From: Eledone cirrhosa
Lineage: Eukaryota
Direction of reading: 5' to 3'
Assembly: GCA_964016885.1 (NCBI GenBank)
Contig: OZ024740.1
Coordinates: 128,526,001 to 128,590,000 of the forward strand
DNA length: 64,000 nucleotides
Of the stretch, positions 40,656-55,381 are shown one piece after another. Under the pieces are notes generated by a model. It saw only the letters and a program-made list of their open reading frames with translations, was not told the DNA's origin and did no database searches. Made by a program: the position numbers and the translations under genes. Each line of letters starts with the position of its first letter. The stretch's first letter is position 1.

Positions 40656-42375
40656 AATAATTGTTATCATAAACTATTCAGGGGCAGACATTTATTGCAT
40701 GATTCTTTTAGGAAACGCTAATTCATGAGATACTTTCTTTCACACACAAAGATCGAAAGAAAAGCAAATGAATTTCGAGTGACTACTTTCCTTCACATTG
40801 TAATTTGAAATATTAGATTGTTAGCCAAAGAATAAACAGAAATATTTGTTGAACAAACAAAAATGGATTATTTTGGCTCTAGCATGAAATGAAGCCGGAA
40901 GTGAACTTTGATTACAGCAACAATTCATTTGGCAGCTGCAAAAATATTGGATTTGGTGCCAGCAGCAAGTGAAGCAAGGTCATCGACAGTATGATCCATA
41001 GCAAGAACAGAGGTGACTTTGCTGATGGCTATTATTTTCAAAGAGTGGCAACAAAGAAGACTGACAAGAATCATAGCTGTAGCAGCAGTAGCAGCAGTAG
41101 CTTTAACAACATCAAAACCAAATACGAACATGGCATAGGGATTATGGAAATTAAAACAGCAGGAGCGGAAACAATCGAAATGCGAGAATCAATAACAATG
41201 ACAACAACTTTCCCGGCCAGTTCCATTGTGTCCCTCAAAAGGTATCAGGTCATATAGAAGATTAAGTTTATCAAAATTTGAATAAAAACACGTCAAAATT
41301 CTCAGTAGGTAAAAAAACGTAGAAGTATTCAAGTAAAAACATTAACATAAAATTGTTTGATTTCAATCTGGAGATACAATTCGTCAATTTTAATAAGCAT
41401 GACAAAAAATATCTGACGTTTGATATGAAGATGGCTGCATACATATCAGGAAAATATATTGACTAAATTAGTGAGAAATACTGGAGATTTATCATTGTTC
41501 CTTACGTTATGGCCTCACTGTGCGTGTTTCTGCTGGACCCGACATGCAGATATCTGTACTTCATAATTATATCATATCTTCTGTAAAGGGATGGTGAGAT
41601 AGAGGACGTCATTGATTCGTTCTTTAAGGAGATGGTTATTCAAATCAGTACGACTGAAGGAAACTGACTTAACTCCAGCAAAAATAGTAACGAATCAGAG
41701 GCAGACAAACACGTATTTAGTCACAAATTCAAGAATAAAACTAATTTTAGGGTGTGTTCAGATAATGAGTAAAAAACCACTGAAGAAAAATCACAAAGCC
41801 TGATTCGACTCGTGTCTTTTTGAACAATGTAATACAATGCAATGGGAATGGACCATGTCTAGAAACCAGCTTGATGAAAACAACGCGCATGTTTTGTTTC
41901 TTTGTTTATGCAGTTATCTGTGTGTGTGTTTGTATTGTTTTCTATGTCTATGTGATTCTATTATTTAGATCTAATTTTTTTTACAATAAACATGAGTCCC
42001 GGGATAGAAAACCTAGAGGTCCTGACAACACCGTACAATAACGCCATGGACTGAAAGTGTATGATGATATCTTCGCGGTTAAAAATATACATCACAGCTT
42101 TTATAGAAATGGATTACTGCTCCACTACATATGCAAAACTACACCAATTTATTTTAGTGAATGCTCTTTTGCTTATTTAGTGGATGTTATTCATTTCAGT
42201 AGTTACGTTTTAAAATTTGTTATTTTCTTTAGCAATCTCGATTCTTATCGCAGCTCCAACGGTAAACGAAAACCATAAAAGAGGTCACAAGTACACACAC
42301 ATACACGCACATGCAACTTCCTATATATATATACATACACACACACACAACGTATATACACACACAAACACACAC

Positions 42376-42494
<119 letters not shown>

Positions 42495-43849
42495 CGTGCG
42501 TATTGAATGGGCTTCTAAACATTTTCAGTTGACCATATTTCAAGCTCATTTTCATATTTCAAACAGAAGCTATAGAAGAATACATGTTGATGAAGATGCG
42601 AAGCTGTAGGACTGAAAATGAAGACACGTGTTTGCGATGAGAATTTCTTAACCTCATAGCCATGTCTGCGCTTGTTACCGCTCTGTAGTGCTATCTATAT
42701 TATCAAAGGAGAAACGATTTATGGAAACCGTAATCAGTTTGCATAGAATTTGAACTCCAATAGTACATAAATAAAATTGCACCCGGTGTAGTGCTTTTGT
42801 CAATGTATCCTGCATTGGAGCTCTTTCGCTTCAGGCAACTAGGATTCCAGTTGTTTGACCAACAGAACAGCTTCCACGTGTAATCAATATGCAAGTAACT
42901 GAGTAATCCGCAGTCACGCGGACGTTAAACATAGTTCTCAGGGAAAACTCAGCGTGACAATGTTTGGCTTGACTTGCGCCATGTAATACAATATATTGTG
43001 TCAGTATATTAGACAGGAGCAACGTAAAATAAATTTTACACTGACCTCGGTAATCGAAATCACGAGCTTACGATCATGCCATTCTTATGTCTGCTATACA
43101 TATTTTCTGTTCAACGATGGACCTTCTTTATTTCTTTCAACCCATATTTCTCTCTTTGTTGTTTCTTTCATCTTTTCATTTATTTAAGTTATATTTCCCT
43201 CTACTTTCTTCTTTATTTCCTTCCTTCCATCTTTCAATTCTTTCTTTATTCTTTCATTATTTTTTGTTTCATACTTCATTTTCTTTTCATCTTTAGATTT
43301 GTTCTTTCATTCTTCCCTTTCTTTCTTAATTTCTCTCTTTCTTTCCTTCCCTTTTCCTTGTGCCTTCAATATTTCCCTTCACAATTTCTTCTTTTCTTTC
43401 TTAATTCCTTTTTTATATATTTAAAAAAATATGTTTCTTTATTTTAATTTCCTTTCTGCAGTTCATTCATTGTTACTTCTTTTCTTTATTCAATTTTCTT
43501 CCTTCTGTTCTTTTTTACTTCTTCCCTTCATTCGTTCTCCTTTCTTTCCTTCCCTTCTTCTTTTTCTTTAATTTTTCTCCACAATCTTTCATTTATTCCT
43601 TCTTTCATTCTCAATTTTCTTTCAATTTTCCCTTTACTATAATTTCTCTTCAAACATTCGTTTTCCTTCACACGAAAATCTTTTTTTTTTTGTATTCTTC
43701 CATATTCTAATTCTTTCATCATTCTTCGTTTTTACTATACTGGCTCTTTTAATTTTCTCCTTCATTCATTCTTTCTTCCCTTCTATCTTTGTTTCTTTCT
43801 TTCTTTCTCAATTTTGCATCAATTTCCCCTTTTCTCATCTGTCGCTCAC

Positions 43850-44218
43850 TAGTTCTTCTTTTTTGGTGTCATTTTTCTATCGATGGCTACATCCTTTCTC
43901 TTTTCTCTTCTGCATAGTATTCGACATCTCTCACTTCTCCTCTCTATCTATCCTACTACTTCATTCTACCGAGATTCAAGCCGTTCTACGACTTAAATTC
44001 TCTTTAAACTGCTCTCGATGTCTTCCATTGCAACTAATATTAGAAAAGTGTTATTCAATTTTTTACTTGTTTTTTTTCTTATTCCGTACTATCTGTCGCT
44101 GTCTCTGTCTCCCTTTCCCTGCCTCTCTTTCTCCTTCTCTATTAGATTATTTTTCCTTCCTACTTATTTATTCCTTCCCAATATACATAGTGCACTGAAG
44201 AAGCCTTCTCAAAAGGTC
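43850..44218 (+). mobile_element. Possible decayed PLE 3' end with truncated HHR
   Basis: ..TEIQAVLRLKFSLN-like remnant; CTGAAGA-AGCCTT ctca AAAGGTC cut off by (TA)n at 44219. Confidence 0.4.
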
Positions 44219-44242
44219 ATATATATATATATATATATATAT

Positions 44243-44398
44243 AAAACGAAGGAAGTGTGGTAAGGAATCAGGTGGCTTAGAGTACTCGATACTTAGGGTA
44301 GTAGAGAGGGTAATAGGAAAAGAGTCAGGATCCCGACAGCTAGTTCAGATCTAGCTGTCGAAACGGCCGGGGCTCAGCCGTCGGAGTCCTGACTTTTC

Positions 44399-44402
<4 letters not shown>
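44243..44402 (-). mobile_element. Family A element with internal deletions
   Basis: Family A tail plus GACAGCTAG..CTAGCTGTC-GAAACGGCCGGGGCTCAGCCGTC. Confidence 0.8.
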
Positions 44403-44496
<94 letters not shown>

Positions 44497-44532
44497 TATT
44501 TTCCGTTGTGTTGTAATATAAATATTACATAT

Positions 44533-44824
44533 ATGGAACATGAAAAGAAGAAAGAGGAGATGCAGACGATACACAGAGGAGCAGAAGTAGTCATTAAGTA
44601 GTTCAAATGATGTGTGACGAAAGAGCTTTGACAATATTCTCTATAAAAACTAAATAGGTCCTCAGTAATATTATTCTGATGAAATGACAGTAAATAATAA
44701 CATTGAAATATTGAATGTCTGCATAACTAAAAGTTTGTAGATAGCTGTTTTAGGTTATGTAACTGTTATAGAAACACGTGTCAATAAATTCCTTTCAACT
44801 AAACTGTATCCATTCAAATCTTTC

Positions 44825-44855
<31 letters not shown>

Positions 44856-44991
44856 ATACTAAATCTTAAGGAAAGAGAAGAGTGTGTAGATGGAACATGA
44901 AAAGAAGAAAGAGGAGATGCAGACGATACACAGAGGAGCAGAAGTAGTCATTAAGTAGTTCAAATGATGTGTGACGAAAGAGCTTTGACAA
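44533..44991. repeat. ~102-bp direct repeat (44533-44634, 44889-44991)
   Basis: ATGGAACATGAAAAGAAG..GAGCTTTGACAAT occurs twice. Confidence 0.9.
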
Positions 44992-45333
44992 TTAACAATT
45001 AAACAAAACACAGTTACTAAATTAACCCATGAAAGGATTAGTTACTGAAGTAAAATAAACTGAACTGAAGCTCAACAGGCGTGCGTGTTTATATGGCCAG
45101 TATGAGCCTGCCAAAGTATATCAACACTTGTTTAAATACACATAATTTCACTTCAAAAATCTATATGTAAAAATACAAAAACGAAGTGCACACCCACACA
45201 CCCACACACATATATATTTGTGTATGTATGTGTGTGTTTGTCTGTGTCTCTGTATGTGTGTGCATATATGTACGTAGGAATATACACTTGAATTACTTAT
45301 GTATTATGATGTATTAGACGCAAATACGTAAAT

Positions 45334-45391
<58 letters not shown>

Positions 45392-45900
45392 ACTTTATGG
45401 GACTTTGACATGGAGGAAGTCTCTATACGCATGTGTTACGGATTTGTAGAATATTATGAATGTTTGTCATATATAAAATAAAAATATTACAAATCCAAGC
45501 CTAAACGTTTGAGCAAACAACATGTGATAGACTATAATCATTAGCGGATTGATAAGCTTTTCTGTCCGTATATGTGTAATCCTGCTTACATTTTTTATGT
45601 TAAACGCACACATACATCCACCTCCACCTCCCATACCCCCCACACACACACAGAAACACAAAACCTCACGCATCTTTTAAAATAATCTTCGAGCAATTTT
45701 CCCTTTAAACGTTCATATTTTTCTACTTTCATCACTCCTCTGTGTTTTGATTATATATCTCTTTCGCTCATCTCTAGTTTTTGGCCTCCGCTTTCCCTTC
45801 TACTAATTACATCATATTCAAGAGCGATGGAATGCCAGTAATAGTAGAACGTAGAGCAATATGTTTTGCAGTAAATGGATCACCCACTAAGTACACACAT

Positions 45901-45985
45901 ATTTAAACCCAACTCCAAAAATATATCCCTATTTAAATCCCATCTCCAAAAGTATATCCAGATTTAAATCCCATCACCAAAAGTA
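45901..45985. repeat. ~30-bp tandem repeat x3
   Basis: ATTTAAAYCCMAYCWCCAAAA unit. Confidence 0.7.
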
Positions 45986-46800
45986 ACAACGCTACTCTAT
46001 ATAGGGTCTTCTCTTCTATGGGAAGACTGAACGATCACCTACCGGAACTATTTCAAATCGTGTGTCAGGACCATATACGGAACCGTCATTTTGTCCGCTG
46101 TTTTATTTAATTAATGAACAACTGGTACAATAGTTCAATGTGTGAAGACGAATGCCTCTAGAACTATACATAGGAGAGCTGAAGCTGCATACATGAATAA
46201 TGTTAGCATCATGTTGTCGATAACATCGATAGGTCTGTATTCTACTAATGAAAGATGAGGTAGTAACCAAAAAAACGCATTAACCAAAAGATATCTATTG
46301 GATATCTATTGGACACCCGGTGAGAGGCGTTCATACCAACCCACTTTAGTTAAAAAGTCAAGAATCCGATTAATGTGCATGTGGTCTGATTCTCCAAAAA
46401 TGGACAGGTGAATTTGAAATAGCTGCTCTTTCGTTTCTTGTAAAAACGTAAGGTTCCACTGGACAGACGTATCTAGTGGATATTACCGGTTTGGGTTAAA
46501 AGATATAGGCATGGCTGCTCCGTAGATCGAGTCATATATATGGGAAGACAAGAAGAAGAAGGAAACACAGCCTAGTGTAAATTTGCTGGAAGGAGTTTTA
46601 GAGGTGCAATCATGGACTAGGGGAATGTGTAGGCTCTGAATATGTGTCTGTAAGTTTTGGATTAAATCTGGAAAAAGTATTTGTCTCTTCTTTTATATTA
46701 TGGCCAACAAAGGTTTCACGTTGGGCTTCTGGTCGCTGTTTTCACTTACTGCTTCAATCTCTCTTGCAATCTACATTTTTATTTCCGTTCAATATATTAT

Positions 46801-46854
46801 TTAGTGGTTTCGTTCCATTCGACCGCTACTTAAATTATTTAATCAGTTCTAAAT
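46801..46854. repeat. 54-bp direct repeat shared with 48317-48370
   Basis: TTAGTGGTTTCGTTCCATTCGACCGCTACTTAAATTATTTAATCAGTTCTAAAT. Confidence 0.85.
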
Positions 46855-46918
46855 ATTTTTTTTAATTTTCCTTGCAATGTACTCAATCCGTCGCTCTTGT
46901 GGCGGCAATAAATGGATT

Positions 46919-46983
<65 letters not shown>

Positions 46984-47569
46984 TTTTGCTTTTTATTTTT
47001 CGTATGAAAATCAATATAAGAAATGAGTATTTTTTGTAACCGCCACCAGCAACACCCACCAAAACCACCATCAACAGCACAACTATTATCAACGCTGCCA
47101 CCTCCCCAACCTCCGGCATCACTGGTATGTTCACCATCACAACCAACACAACCTTCCTTCTCTTCATTGCTATTACCTTTATGTGTGTTCCAGACATTTT
47201 TTTGGGTGTTTTAATTCGACCGCCATATATTGGCGACGTAGCAGTCGCTAATATTTTAACCAATAAACTGCTGAAAGCGCTAGACTGAAGAAAATTGTCT
47301 CCTTGCAGCGTTCTAGCAGAGCCGTCTTTTAATGATATATGAATTTCACTTCCCTAAATTCCAAACATTATTGATTTTCATTTTACATAGTTAGAAATAG
47401 AATCGTTTTAATATGTATTTAGCGGTGTGTGTGTATATGCATGCCAATGTATTTATGTACGTGAATGTATATACGCGTTTAAGTGTATTACTGATATATA
47501 TGTAAATATATATATATATATATATGTATATATATGTATATGTATATATATATATGTATATATATATAT

Positions 47570-47600
<31 letters not shown>

Positions 47601-47629
47601 GTATATGTATATATATATATATGTATATA

Positions 47630-47695
<66 letters not shown>

Positions 47696-47724
47696 GTATA
47701 TGTATATATATATATATGTATATA

Positions 47725-47781
<57 letters not shown>

Positions 47782-48059
47782 CATATATATATATACACGT
47801 GTGTCTGTGTGTGTGTGTTGGTGCAAACATACACATATATATACATATACATGTCATTTTCATCATCATCATTTAAAGTCCGTTTAAGTGATGATATACA
47901 TACATACACACACACACACATATATATATAGTTGGACCAGCTCGCAAGCTTAAATATAGCATACTAGTTTTTTTATGTAGGTGTAACTATGTAGATAGAA
48001 AACAGAAGCGCACATACACATACACGCTCTCACACACACACACACACACGCACACAAAA

Positions 48060-48128
<69 letters not shown>

Positions 48129-48179
48129 ACACATATATATATATATATGTATGTATATATATTTAAATATATAAATATT

Positions 48180-48264
<85 letters not shown>

Positions 48265-48446
48265 GTATATATATATATATTTATATATATATAAATATAT
48301 ATATAAATATATAATATTAGTGGTTTCGTTCCATTCGACCGCTACTTAAATTATTTAATCAGTTCTAAATACAGTTAGTAAGATACTGAATACATTAGTA
48401 GTGTGTAATCATCAAGTATAATATAGAAATGGCTGCTACATGACTA

Positions 48447-48475
48447 GACTTGTTTCATTCAAAAGAAATCATCAG
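48447..48475 (-). ncRNA. Hammerhead core (stem I degenerate)
   Basis: CTGATGA-TTTC tttt GAAT-GAAA-CAAG-TC. Confidence 0.5.
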
Positions 48476-48514
48476 GCAAGTCCCGTAGACACCTTTAATC
48501 TATCTCCCTCTCTC

Positions 48515-48549
<35 letters not shown>

Positions 48550-48554
<5 letters not shown>

Positions 48555-48920
48555 GAGAAAAAAGAATACTGCGTGGTTGCACATGGGTTACATATGATAA
48601 AAATAGTCCTTCATCAGTGATTTTCCAACCAACATTGGTATTTCATCGCTTTAAAAATCATATACCTCCAGTTGGTGCGAGTAATAGCTAAATAAAGCTA
48701 TTGGGACAAGTAAATCGCGTAAAGGGAGCGAGACAAGTAAATAAACATAGAAGGATATCAACGCAAAGATAGGAAAAAACATGCACATGGGAGTCCGATC
48801 AGCTTTAGCTGTGTTGATTTCACGTGCGAGAGACTACAGACCGTCCGACGCGAGTGAGGTGTGAGCAGGAAAAAACCCCACTACAGGCCAAACGGGAGGA
48901 AGTGAGAAGAGGAGAAGCAA
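48550..48920 (-). mobile_element. Family C, 5'-truncated copy
   Basis: Homologous to 17863-18240. Confidence 0.85.
48606..48707 (-). ncRNA. Rearranged hammerhead motif, family C
   Basis: GTCC-AATAGCT..AGCTATT-TCGC-CCAAC-GGTA-TA-TGATTTT..GCGA-T-GAAA-TACC..GTTGG-AAAATCA-CTGATGA-A-GGAC. Confidence 0.7.
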
Positions 48921-48928
48921 TATATATA

Positions 48929-49123
48929 TAAAACGAAGGAGTTGTGGTAAAGTACCAGATGGAGCATAACGCACCAGAGTACTCAATACTTAAGGTAGTA
49001 GAGTGGGTAATAGGAAAAGTATGACCCCGACGGCAGAGCTCAAGCCGTTTCGACGGCTATTTCTAGTCCAGAAATAGCCGTCGAAACGGCTTGAGCTCTG
49101 CCGCCTGGGTCATACTTTTTCCT
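48929..49123 (-). mobile_element. Family A fold-back element
   Basis: Tail plus palindrome centred on GACGGCTATTTCT agtcc AGAAATAGCCGTC. Confidence 0.85.
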
Positions 49124-49361
49124 ATATATATATATATATATATACATATGCATTTTATTTATATATATATATACATTTTATTAAGGCTAAATAGTGAGTG
49201 ATAATACTTTGGAATTTCGCCTGTTTATGGCAGGGTGATCAGAGAGGAACTATATTTCAATATACATATATGCATATCAACCTAAATACACACAGACACT
49301 CACACACACACCCATACACCCCCACACACATACATATACACACACACATACACACACACAC

Positions 49362-49511
<150 letters not shown>

Positions 49512-49563
49512 TAATAAAAAACCATGAAATAAAAACGTAGAACAGGTTCCTTATATTGAAAAA

Positions 49564-49720
49564 TTCATCATTTTACGATCGTTTCTGGGATATATATGTG
49601 TATGTTGGTATGTATATCATGTTAAAGATCTATGTAAAAAAATATTACAAATTATCAGAGGAGATATATATATATATATACATACCTTCATCTATACATG
49701 CCATCTTCAGAAATGATGAA
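49564..49720 (-). ncRNA. Type I hammerhead with ~110-nt stem II loop
   Basis: TTCATCATTT-CTGAAGA-TGG..(long)..CCA-GAAA-CGATCG-TA-AAATGATGAA; 10-bp stem I. Confidence 0.75.
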
Positions 49721-51589
49721 GTATATTTATTGAAAGAAACAAAGTATTAATATAAAACGTCTGTTTGGGAACAGGTTTTGAATTGATCAACAGAAGAGAA
49801 TTAGATGTCAAGTTGATAGAATAACAGTAGTAGAACTCAATGCTAGGAGTGGAGGAATGTAAATTTATGCTTTGAATGAAAAGAATACAATGAGCAAGAG
49901 AAAGATAGGGGTTAAAATGAGGTCAAATCAAGGAGATAGTGAAGGAGTCCTAAATAATTTGATGTTATTAAAAACTGCTGTTAAAAGCGAAGGGAAAGAA
50001 ATTTGTGGGATGAGAGTGTTAGTGAAAAATACTAATCTTATTTAAATTTCAAGGAACCTAGATACATAAAAGGAAATTAAATTAATTGATAGTTATACTT
50101 ACAGAGTTAAAATTGTATTAATTCTTATGATTGTGATAAATAAAGAAGTAAAAAAATAAAAAAATAAAAAATATATATAGAAAAACTGATATAGATGAAA
50201 TTTTATAAAAAGCAGTGTATCTATCTAAACATCCATAATATTAACGGTATTAATTATATTTAATAATCCTAGGTATTAAATGTGATAAATAGGGGATGCG
50301 GTTAAAAGAAGTAGTGAGGTTAAAGATGACTTTAGGTAAAGTGACCTGTAAGAGGGAAATAAAATTATGAAATTCTCTGTAGTAAATTTCTAATTATAGG
50401 TTAACTAAATTAAAAAAATTTTTAAATTAATCATAATGATTTGTAAAATATAAGAGTCAGGTATATACTAATTAAATTTATAATATTTGAAGGCTTTTCT
50501 AATTCTATGATTCAGCCAAGGAGGTTGTATTAGCTAATGCGGCATTTTTAAAACTATGTTTGTGGGTATTAAATATTACTTTAAATTGGTTAGACGTAGC
50601 TCCTATATAGGATTGAGTGGAGTCCTTAGTATTAATTACACATTTATAGACTATGTTAATAATAAGACAATTTCCCTTTAATGGGCAATTTCTTTTGATT
50701 CTACAGTTACACCATTCGTAAATATTGTATCAGGAGAGTTAATTGTGTTATCTATAGTGGTATTAGTGTTACTATTTTCATTAATGTATGGTTTAGAATG
50801 GGTTGTGATTAGATTAGTATGGTTAGACATGTTGTTGGTGGATGATAGTTTAGGGGATGTGGAGCTAGTAGAGTTCTGTTTGTTTTGGAGATTATTAGTC
50901 AAAATTGGTGTGGAATGTGGTTTGTTTTGGTTTATTTTAGTATTATTATCGTTGGTTTGATATGTTGGTGGTGTATTTAAGCTTTTTTAATACTTATATA
51001 TGTTGTAAGCACTTATATTCTGTTGTATATTCTTTGTAGTGGAGTAGGAACATTTGACAGTAGATCTATTTAAAATTTGATGGTATTTATGGTTTGGTGG
51101 GAAGTTTTTCTCTAGGATGGCAAATCATTTTTTAGGGATATTATCTTTAATCTGTAGATTAAATGTAGCATTATACCAAGTCTATTACGGTTTCGACATT
51201 GTTTATTATATTTATATGATGTATCAGGAGGTTTACTGAGAGAGTTACTATTAGTGATTCTATTATAAATAGGTTTAGTTAGATTAATTGATTTTAGGAA
51301 TTGTGTTGGTTATGTGGTTGACAAGGTATATAGACTAATATGTTAGAGTATTAGGGTGAATGGTTTTTTGAAAGTCATTATCTTTTATGTGAGAAGAGGT
51401 AGAGAAATTAAGTTTTGGGTTGGTGTTTTTAGGTGTAGTATGAGTGGCATTTAGGTGTGGGTTTTTCATTTAGTATTTGTTGGTAATATTAGGTTGTATG
51501 TTTGAAATATTATTGGTGCAAGATATATAGACTAATTTAGTCTTGTGGCTACTTTTTATCGAATAAATCCTGATTTGATGAAAGGTTAG

Positions 51590-51832
51590 ATATTCTGAGT
51601 GAGATATTGGAGGGTGCTCAAAAGGGCAAACCCTTATCAAAATAGCAGATATGAGTGTAGGTTATGCTCCCAAGAACTATTTGAAATCATGAAATCTAAT
51701 GATATCCTATTAAATAAGCGACAGGAGTTATTTATATCCTGCAATCATAGAATTAGAAAAACCTTCAAATATTATAAACTTAATCAGTATATACCTGACT
51801 CTTATATTTTACAAATCATTATGATTAATTAA
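51590..51832 (+). pseudogene. PLE GIY-YIG C-terminal fragment (inverted arm)
   Basis: WRVLKRANPYQNSRYECRLCSQELFEI..LLNKRQELFISCNH. Confidence 0.85.
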
Positions 51833-52105
51833 AAAAAAAAATTTAATTTAGTTAAATGATAATTAGAAATTTACAACAGATAATTTCATAATTGTATTTC
51901 CCTCTTACAGCTCACTTTACCTAAAGTTATCTTTAACCTCACTACTTCTTTTAACCGCATCCCCTTTTTATCACATTTAATACCTAAGATTATTAAATAT
52001 AATTAATATCTTTAATATCATGGATGTTTAGATAGATATATTGCTTTTTTTTTAAATTTTATCTATTTCAGTTTTTCAATATATATATATATTTTTTTAT
52101 TTTAT

Positions 52106-52635
52106 CGCATGAGGTGGAGGTTTTCGTGTATGGACCTGGCCGAGTTTGTGCAAGTTTGCGCATCCTCAACCAAATACTGGACAACAAGCACCAACCTCTT
52201 CGCTAACACCATGGCCAAAATCTTAAACTCTGTGTTGAGCAGGATTATGGGCCTGAAATTATCTAATGTGTCCCTCTTTCCTTATGAGCGTCACTACGCC
52301 CGGGCTCTCAGATTCGGGAATACTCCTGTTCTGCAACCAGATGCATTTCGGAGAACATGTCTGGCATATTTACGTAAAGCTCGTAGGGCAGCTCATCAAA
52401 ACAGGGTGACTTGCGCCTCGTGCAGCCGACAAGGGAATCCTGAATTTCGGCTGAAGTAATTGCCCTTTCGCAGCGCTCAGCCTCGGCCCTCGAGAGGCGA
52501 AACAAGCCTTCAAGGTAGGGACTGAAGTCCGCTAATGTTTCTGACACGTCACTCGCCCGAACAACCGAGCAAAGTGCTGGCGAAAGGCCTCAAACATCTC
52601 TTTAGAATCGCTCAGGTCGTGTACGTCAAAGACTG
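52106..52635 (-). mobile_element. L1/Tx1-like reverse transcriptase fragment
   Basis: ITSAEIQDSL..KSPCFDELPYELY.. and DNFRPIILLNTEFKILAMVLAKRL..AQTC..RSIHENL. Confidence 0.85.
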
Positions 52636-52803
52636 AATTGTGGTTTTATTACCATGCTGCGCATCTGCAATGAGCAGCTATTGTATATTGTCGTGTCATC
52701 ACCTTCCGATTATAAGACCAATGCTCTACACACTCAGCTACATTTATTCACACACACATAGAAATACATACTCACGCACACACACATATATATATAAACA
52801 TAT

Positions 52804-52932
<129 letters not shown>

Positions 52933-53465
52933 TACACACTGTGAAATGATTATGCATAAATACACACATATCTACATTTATGTATGCATTTAAACCTAAA
53001 TCCTCTGAGGATATTTGTCAAACAAATTGATGACCAGTGTATAGAACTGAAATAAATATATTGTATACATCTAAATGTAAGAATTGGAATTCAATGGAAA
53101 AATTACATGGAACTGGAGATTCTGTAAAGAAAACGCTAGAAATAAAAATCATTCAAAATCTGCTATATAGAAACATTTATGGAGTACTGGAAAAAGGAGC
53201 TTTTAAAAAACATCCATCATCTTCTTTTGACTACTAAATCTGCGAAGGCATAAGTGAAAAGATCGGAACGAATCCAGGAAACCCCATACAACGGATTTTC
53301 ATCTGCCCCCAAACTCTGTAACTGCAATTTTATATTGAGATCGGAAACCTACAGGAGAATTGTCTATCATTTCCATTCTGCGATGATATCAGCACTAAAA
53401 CTATTAACTTTAATGCAGAAACAGGAACTCCACGAGGAATATACTATTATATATATATATACATA

Positions 53466-53597
<132 letters not shown>

Positions 53598-53849
53598 ATT
53601 TGAAATATACTATAACCGATGTGATAGTATATTTCAAATACCATGGAGGTGTAATGCGATCGTTAAAACAACAACCGGTACCGGTGTTACATCGTCATAG
53701 GTTTACACAATTATATGGGTGGATTGATAATTTGTGCCCTAAAGCTACTCGTATGGATAAAGAACACTAATTATTAGCAACTCTCTCCATCGCTCTCCCT
53801 CTCCCCACTAAATTCTGAAATACCATAATAAAAAACTATAGTGAATCTT

Positions 53850-54200
53850 CTTGCCGAGCCATTATACTGAAGTTAAAAACCGAGAACGAGGACTATATTG
53901 TCACTGATAATATAGAGCATCGCAAGGATATATTCCAAGGAAATAGTCCCTTTGTGATGCTATCATATTGTCAGCTAACTCTTTTTACTTTATGCTGAGG
54001 AAATATAAAGGATACGTAATTGGTTCGTAGGAAACCAGAAACAAAACCTAACTCATAGCTTCCTTGCGAAGGACCTGGAACTTTAAACCAAGAATATAAC
54101 TGGCAGAAAGAAAAGCCTTGATCCGCTTACGACATTCTTGAAAGATAGAAATGGAGTTTGGTCAGGATAAATATTTCTATATGTTTGAAAAGCATGGGAA
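53850..54200 (+). mobile_element. Degraded R4/Dong-like LINE reverse transcriptase fragment
   Basis: IVTDNIEHRKDIFQGNS (cf. RGIFQGDS) and IEMEFGQDK (cf. DI.M.FG.DKC), frameshifted. Confidence 0.55.
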
Positions 54201-54990
54201 AACTACAAACCAATGTACACAGATCTCTACCAATCGCCTGACTCTATCTGACTAGGACTACTACATATATTTAGTGAAAATATATACTGAGATGGAATTT
54301 GTAACACTGAACGTGAAATCAGGGAATATAACAACCAAGTAAGAAAAATCTCGTCTTCGAAAACCTCTGCACACAATAAAACAGTGGGTACATTGTGTTT
54401 GATGGGCCTGTCTTGACACTAACATTTGCACTACTTGACTGGTAGAGGCTGATAAGATACATCCGATAGAATGTAAGTTCTTTATACCAGTAACTGAAAA
54501 CAAAGTATGTTTTTGTTGCTTTTTAATTTAGAAGTATTACTACCACAGTCTCAGGGGCATCATAATTGAAGCCTTACATTTTTCGTTTAATGACGCGGCA
54601 ATAGTTCGTTCCGATCACTTTCAGGTACACTGACATTTTGTGGAACTTTTCCTCTCCCGATAGATTCCTTTAGAAGGAATTTATGTGTTTCTAAGATTTG
54701 GCCACAGTGACATTTATTGATTTGCACATGTATCTATAGACTGATGTTTGTTTTCGGCTGATTTTTTATTAATCATTTTCCTTTCACAAACCTTCTTCTG
54801 ATATCGGACTTTCTCGCTGACAGCTCACAACATTTGTTTGCGTGTGATCAACTTGTATTGAAGAACTCTGCTTGTACTCTCTCGAAACATCAATTGCATT
54901 TTATTTTTCACTCTTTGTTGGAGAGGCGTGTAGGTTTTTGTTTTCATCTACATGTATGTCTATATGTATGTAAGTATGTATGTATGTATG

Positions 54991-55104
<114 letters not shown>

Positions 55105-55274
55105 CTTGTGTGTGTATATATGTACACCCATGATTCCATTATTTATATATACATTCGTTTATATACATAAAAATCCCCAACATATATATATAGATAAACA
55201 CACCCATTTAATGTATTCTGATGTAAATAAAAAATCTATACAAATCACTATTTCACACACTCATCCCATACGCT

Positions 55275-55381
<107 letters not shown>

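Noticed and set aside
45901-45985. CRISPR-like array (also 11805-11920)
   Set aside because: Tandem units without unique spacers, eukaryotic context, no cas genes
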